A model generated the notes under the pieces. The model saw only the letters and a program-made list of their open reading frames with translations. It ran no database searches and was not told the DNA's origin. A stretch of DNA of 64,000 bases, from NCBI GenBank assembly GCA_965248535.1, contig CBDFJR010000005.1, positions 1,472,001 through 1,536,000 of the forward strand, in the 5' to 3' direction. Below are positions 60,571 to 64,000 of this stretch, piece after piece (the first letter of the stretch is position 1; the number at the start of each line of letters is the position of its first letter). The DNA comes from Phormidesmis sp. GTDB taxonomy: Bacteria > Cyanobacteriota > Cyanobacteriia > Leptolyngbyales > Leptolyngbyaceae. The position numbers were made by a program, and so were the translations under genes.

Positions 60571-62208
60571 TCACCCTGCGAAATAAATTCGCTCTTTTTG
60601 CTTGGCAGAATCCTTTTTGTAGTAGTCTTTTCGCCAAGAATCATCCGGCAATAGGTGGATCGAGTGGTGTCCTGGCTGGACTTGATAGCTGGCCATCAAG
60701 TTTCGCACATAGAAGTGATTAAACAACCGCATAAACTCACCCAGATAGATATCCGCGACGGGTTTGCTGCCTTGAATAATCAGCATATTTTCATCATTGT
60801 TGGTCGTAGAGGCGTTGCTGAAGTTAGCAGACCCCGTAATCACAAGCGGATTGTCGCTCAAAGGGTCAACAAGCATATATTTGGTGTGAATAAACTTGAC
60901 GTGAGTGTTGAGTCCGGTGGTTTTTTCTTGTTGCCATTGATCGAGGGCATTGCCTTCAGGAGCCAAGCACCCAAACGCGATGCGATTGTCTTCAATTTTG
61001 CGGAGCGCTTCAGTGTCTTTGTCTTTGGCTTCTAGCAAAACATAGCGCAGATAGCCTTTGTCAGTTTCTAGAACCTGTTTGATCAAATCATTGACCCCAA
61101 AGGCGGCTGTGAAGAACGTGCCGCTGGCGCTGGCATCCATTTGCTTGACATACCATTCAAGGGCTTCGAGAGAAGAACGAGGACTGAAAATGGCGGTGAT
61201 GGAGGGGTTTTTTAGCGTTTGCTTGGGAACAGGAGTTTGTTTTTCAGTCCACGATCGTAGGGTTTTTGCCTCTGGGTCTTTGCTGAGTTGTTCCCAATAA
61301 GCGAGATATTTAGCCGCAATATCAGGATCGCGAACAATGTGCCCAACATTGGAGTGCCCAAACAGTCCGCCGTCGGTGATGTTGGTAGAACCTGTCCAGA
61401 CCTGAGTTGGTTTGCCATCTTTGAGCAGCACAATAAATTTGTTGTGCGAGATAAAGCTGGGGCTGGCTTTGCGGGGAATGGTGATGTCGCCGATTTTGGC
61501 TTGGGCGATCGCGGCTTCATTTTTCTGACTTGGCTCTTTTTGCGAGTTGGGTTTGTCGTCAAAAACAATCTTGACATCAGCTTTGGCATCGCGGGCGGCT
61601 GCAAAAGCTTTCAGCACTGGAGCATACTGAAATTCATAGAGGGCGGCGCGTAGGCTATAGTTTGGGCCATTTGCCTGCCCGATAAATTTGAGCAACGCTT
61701 CGACTAAACCCCGCGAGAGCCAGTCCCAGGCGGCCCCATTGGGCACTTTGTCGGGCGGCTGATTGTGAAATTTGCGGGCATAAGCCTGAGAGCCAGCTAC
61801 ACCTCGATTAAAAAAGACGGCGTGAGGGCCAGTTTCCTCGTTCTCAGTCGAGATGGGGATTTCGACGGTTTCGCCTTGCTCTAGTTTTTTAGGCTTGCCG
61901 CGCATCGCCACTACGCGGTAGGTATAGTCATGGGCAGGTTTGGCGGTGAAGTCGCTCCAGAGAAAGGCTTGAATGGGCTGTTCGAGGGTAGTGACCAGAC
62001 TGCCGGGAGGCAACCCAGACTCTGTTTCTTGAAAGGTCTTGAAGCCCTTCAGCCAATAGCGTTCGTTTTCGGTGTGGTCAAGGCGCTCGATCGCGAACCC
62101 TAACACTCCTACACTTTTTGCTTCGGGCATATCGATGCCGAGCAGCACCACATAAGAACCTGCGATCGCTTGCACCGAGAGGGATGCGTTGACGGCTTTC
62201 TTTCTCAC
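60571..62208 (-). CDS. Phospholipase D superfamily protein with two HKD-type motifs
   Basis: HNKFIVL...WTGSTN and HTKYMLVD...TGSANFS...NDEN. Confidence 0.88.
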   Translation of the reverse strand: MRKKAVNASLSVQAIAGSYVVLLGIDMPEAKSVGVLGFAIERLDHTENERYWLKGFKTFQETESGLPPGSLVTTLEQPIQAFLWSDFTAKPAHDYTYRVVAMRGKPKKLEQGETVEIPISTENEETGPHAVFFNRGVAGSQAYARKFHNQPPDKVPNGAAWDWLSRGLVEALLKFIGQANGPNYSLRAALYEFQYAPVLKAFAAARDAKADVKIVFDDKPNSQKEPSQKNEAAIAQAKIGDITIPRKASPSFISHNKFIVLLKDGKPTQVWTGSTNITDGGLFGHSNVGHIVRDPDIAAKYLAYWEQLSKDPEAKTLRSWTEKQTPVPKQTLKNPSITAIFSPRSSLEALEWYVKQMDASASGTFFTAAFGVNDLIKQVLETDKGYLRYVLLEAKDKDTEALRKIEDNRIAFGCLAPEGNALDQWQQEKTTGLNTHVKFIHTKYMLVDPLSDNPLVITGSANFSNASTTNNDENMLIIQGSKPVADIYLGEFMRLFNHFYVRNLMASYQVQPGHHSIHLLPDDSWRKDYYKKDSAKQKERIYFAG

Positions 62209-62241
62209 GATTTGATCCTCTGAAGGGAATGCTGTAGTCTT

Positions 62242-64000
62242 CTATAAGCCCAAGGTGCGCCCCGGAAACCCTGCGGTGTCGTAGTAGCGAGTTTTGCCGA
62301 CAGTCTGGAACTTGAGAACTGTTTTTAGCCCATTTTTAGCAGGCTTTGATTCTAAAATCTGAGACTTGGCTGAAGTATTTTCCGTGCTGCCCGCTAGAGA
62401 TTCGGTTAGGACTCGGCCAATCAGTTTACCTTGAGTGGTTAGGTTTAGACCCATTATTTTTGCGATCGTTTGCGGCACATCTGCATTGCTGGCAGGAGCG
62501 ACATCTTCATAAGCTGGTTTGAAATCAGGCCCGATCGCCATCATCGTGTTGAAGGTATCGGCGCGGCTAAAGCTGCCGTGAATGCCCTGCCCTTGCTGAA
62601 GCCCAGTGTCGGCGATTTCGACTCCGCACATAGTGGGCGTGCTACAGCCTGTATCAAACGATCGAAAGTTGACTACAATCTCTGGGGTCGGAGTGCGGGC
62701 TGCGCCTTTGAGTCCGATGCTGCTAAAGGGTAATGCACCAGGAATCTCACCCAGCGAGTCATTGATAAACACGCCACTGACATAATCTTGTTGAAGCAGG
62801 AAATCAACGATGGTTTTCGCCAGGGCTTTGCGCTGAGAGCGCTGGGGCAAATAAATCAGATCAGATCCGCCGTTTGCGGCCACGATCGCCTCTGGTTTAT
62901 CAGGATTTTTTCCGATCGCTCCATTTTTAGTCGATTGCCCTTTGGCGACATCTACGATCGCGTTTTGCTTGTCTGGATTGAACAGGGGCAACTTTAGATG
63001 ATGGGCGAGGTCGATCGCCAAAAATCCTGATGGTAAAAAGTCCTTTGGCACATCTGGATAATTAATAGTCGCTGCATAGCTTTTTTGACTCTGTTTACTA
63101 ATTGTTGAAAAGCCGTGATCAGCCGTCACAAAAATATTGGTGGTTGCCTCTAAGTCTAAGTCTTTGAGAGCAGCCCGAATTTGAGCGAGGTTACGATCGA
63201 CATTCTGCCGGGCCGCCAACACGGTTGGGCCATTAATTCCAGGAGTGAGTTGATTTAAACTGTCGCCTTGATTGTGCTGGGTGCCGTCGGGGTCGCGAGA
63301 CCAGTAGACCAACACAAATGGCTTTTGTCGCTGCTTAAAAAGCGGCAGAATGATCTGGGTCGTGAAGTCTACAAAATATTGCTGCTGTGTTACATTGGGG
63401 ACTTTAGTTCCCGAGACTTTACGATCGCCAGCTTTACCATTTTCACCACGAGATGGCGTTGTTAGAGCTAGTGATTTTTGATTCAGAAGTTCAATTACAT
63501 TAGCGTTAAGTGAAATTCCGTCTGGCGTTCCGGTTGCGTCATCGACAATGATCGTTGAATCACTCGATTGCTCGGTGATATCCTGAATCCAAACGGGGCC
63601 AATTTTGCCCACTGCTGCCGTGCTCAGTCCGGCTTTTCTGGCGGTTGCTAATAGGCTTTCTTCATTGAGATAGTTGGCTCCAAACCGTCGATTCACCTCG
63701 CGCAATACGGCATTATTTTCTAGAAAAGGCACGGGGCTATTTTTGGCACTTTTCACCGGAAACTCAACGTGAATCGTGTTGCTAAAGTCGCCTGTGTCGC
63801 CCAAAAAATGACCCGTCGCGATCGCCGAAGCGTTGGCCGTCGTGAAAGTCGGAAACAGCGAATGACTGTTGGTGAAATGAACACCCTGTTCTCGAATTTG
63901 CTGAAGTGTGGGAGTGTCGGCAGCGTTAATCCAGCCAGGGCGCAACCCATCGGCGACAAAAATAATGGCGCTGTGAGCGATCGGCGGCGAGTTAGACAGA
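62242..64000 (-). CDS. Alkaline phosphatase superfamily nucleotide pyrophosphatase/phosphodiesterase (5' end outside the window)
   Basis: VADGLRP, FPTFTTAN (Thr nucleophile), DPDGTQH, TADHG; frame open to the window edge. Confidence 0.88.
   Translation of the reverse strand, partial: LSNSPPIAHSAIIFVADGLRPGWINAADTPTLQQIREQGVHFTNSHSLFPTFTTANASAIATGHFLGDTGDFSNTIHVEFPVKSAKNSPVPFLENNAVLREVNRRFGANYLNEESLLATARKAGLSTAAVGKIGPVWIQDITEQSSDSTIIVDDATGTPDGISLNANVIELLNQKSLALTTPSRGENGKAGDRKVSGTKVPNVTQQQYFVDFTTQIILPLFKQRQKPFVLVYWSRDPDGTQHNQGDSLNQLTPGINGPTVLAARQNVDRNLAQIRAALKDLDLEATTNIFVTADHGFSTISKQSQKSYAATINYPDVPKDFLPSGFLAIDLAHHLKLPLFNPDKQNAIVDVAKGQSTKNGAIGKNPDKPEAIVAANGGSDLIYLPQRSQRKALAKTIVDFLLQQDYVSGVFINDSLGEIPGALPFSSIGLKGAARTPTPEIVVNFRSFDTGCSTPTMCGVEIADTGLQQGQGIHGSFSRADTFNTMMAIGPDFKPAYEDVAPASNADVPQTIAKIMGLNLTTQGKLIGRVLTESLAGSTENTSAKSQILESKPAKNGLKTVLKFQTVGKTRYYDTAGFPGRTLGL

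Larger units (their letters stand above)
1..64000. repeat. HIP1 octamer GCGATCGC dispersed through the window
   Basis: Many copies in coding and intergenic DNA; a cyanobacterial hallmark. Confidence 0.9.

Overview
Cyanobacterial chromosomal DNA: the HIP1 octamer GCGATCGC is very frequent, and there are an NtcA box and NrrA-like and type I-D cas genes. Bases 1-40 kb are mostly housekeeping genes (nrrA, grxD-bolA, iscS, moaA, an NB-ARC/WD40 protein, sbcD, rbsK, nudC, dacB, malic enzyme, SRP RNA, corA, mlaE, dcd, cobD, HU). Accessory DNA among them includes one tnpB-only IS200/IS605 element, two ORF-less IS200/IS605 derivatives that keep both ends and an omegaRNA-type 3' region, a ~104-bp tandem repeat with REP-like hairpins, and a rearranged islet (direct repeats, two paralogous secreted proteins, MFS and IS4-type remnants). 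Bases 40.6-59.2 kb hold a type I-D CRISPR-Cas locus: an array of about 91 spacers, cas2-cas1-cas4-cas6-cas5d-cas7d-cas10d (with internal cas11d), a DUF433/DUF5615 toxin-antitoxin pair inside the operon, cas3' and a divergent WYL regulator. The locus is followed by a co-oriented phosphodiesterase / PLD-family / DUF2278-LTD trio of unknown function. Oddities in the array are a divergent trailer repeat, one repeat with an inverted loop, a spacer containing an antisense repeat fragment and a block of AT-rich spacers. Three genes (pseudo-orthocaspase, malic enzyme, cas5d) carry single frameshifts that may be assembly errors. All calls come from reading the sequence; no database searches were run.
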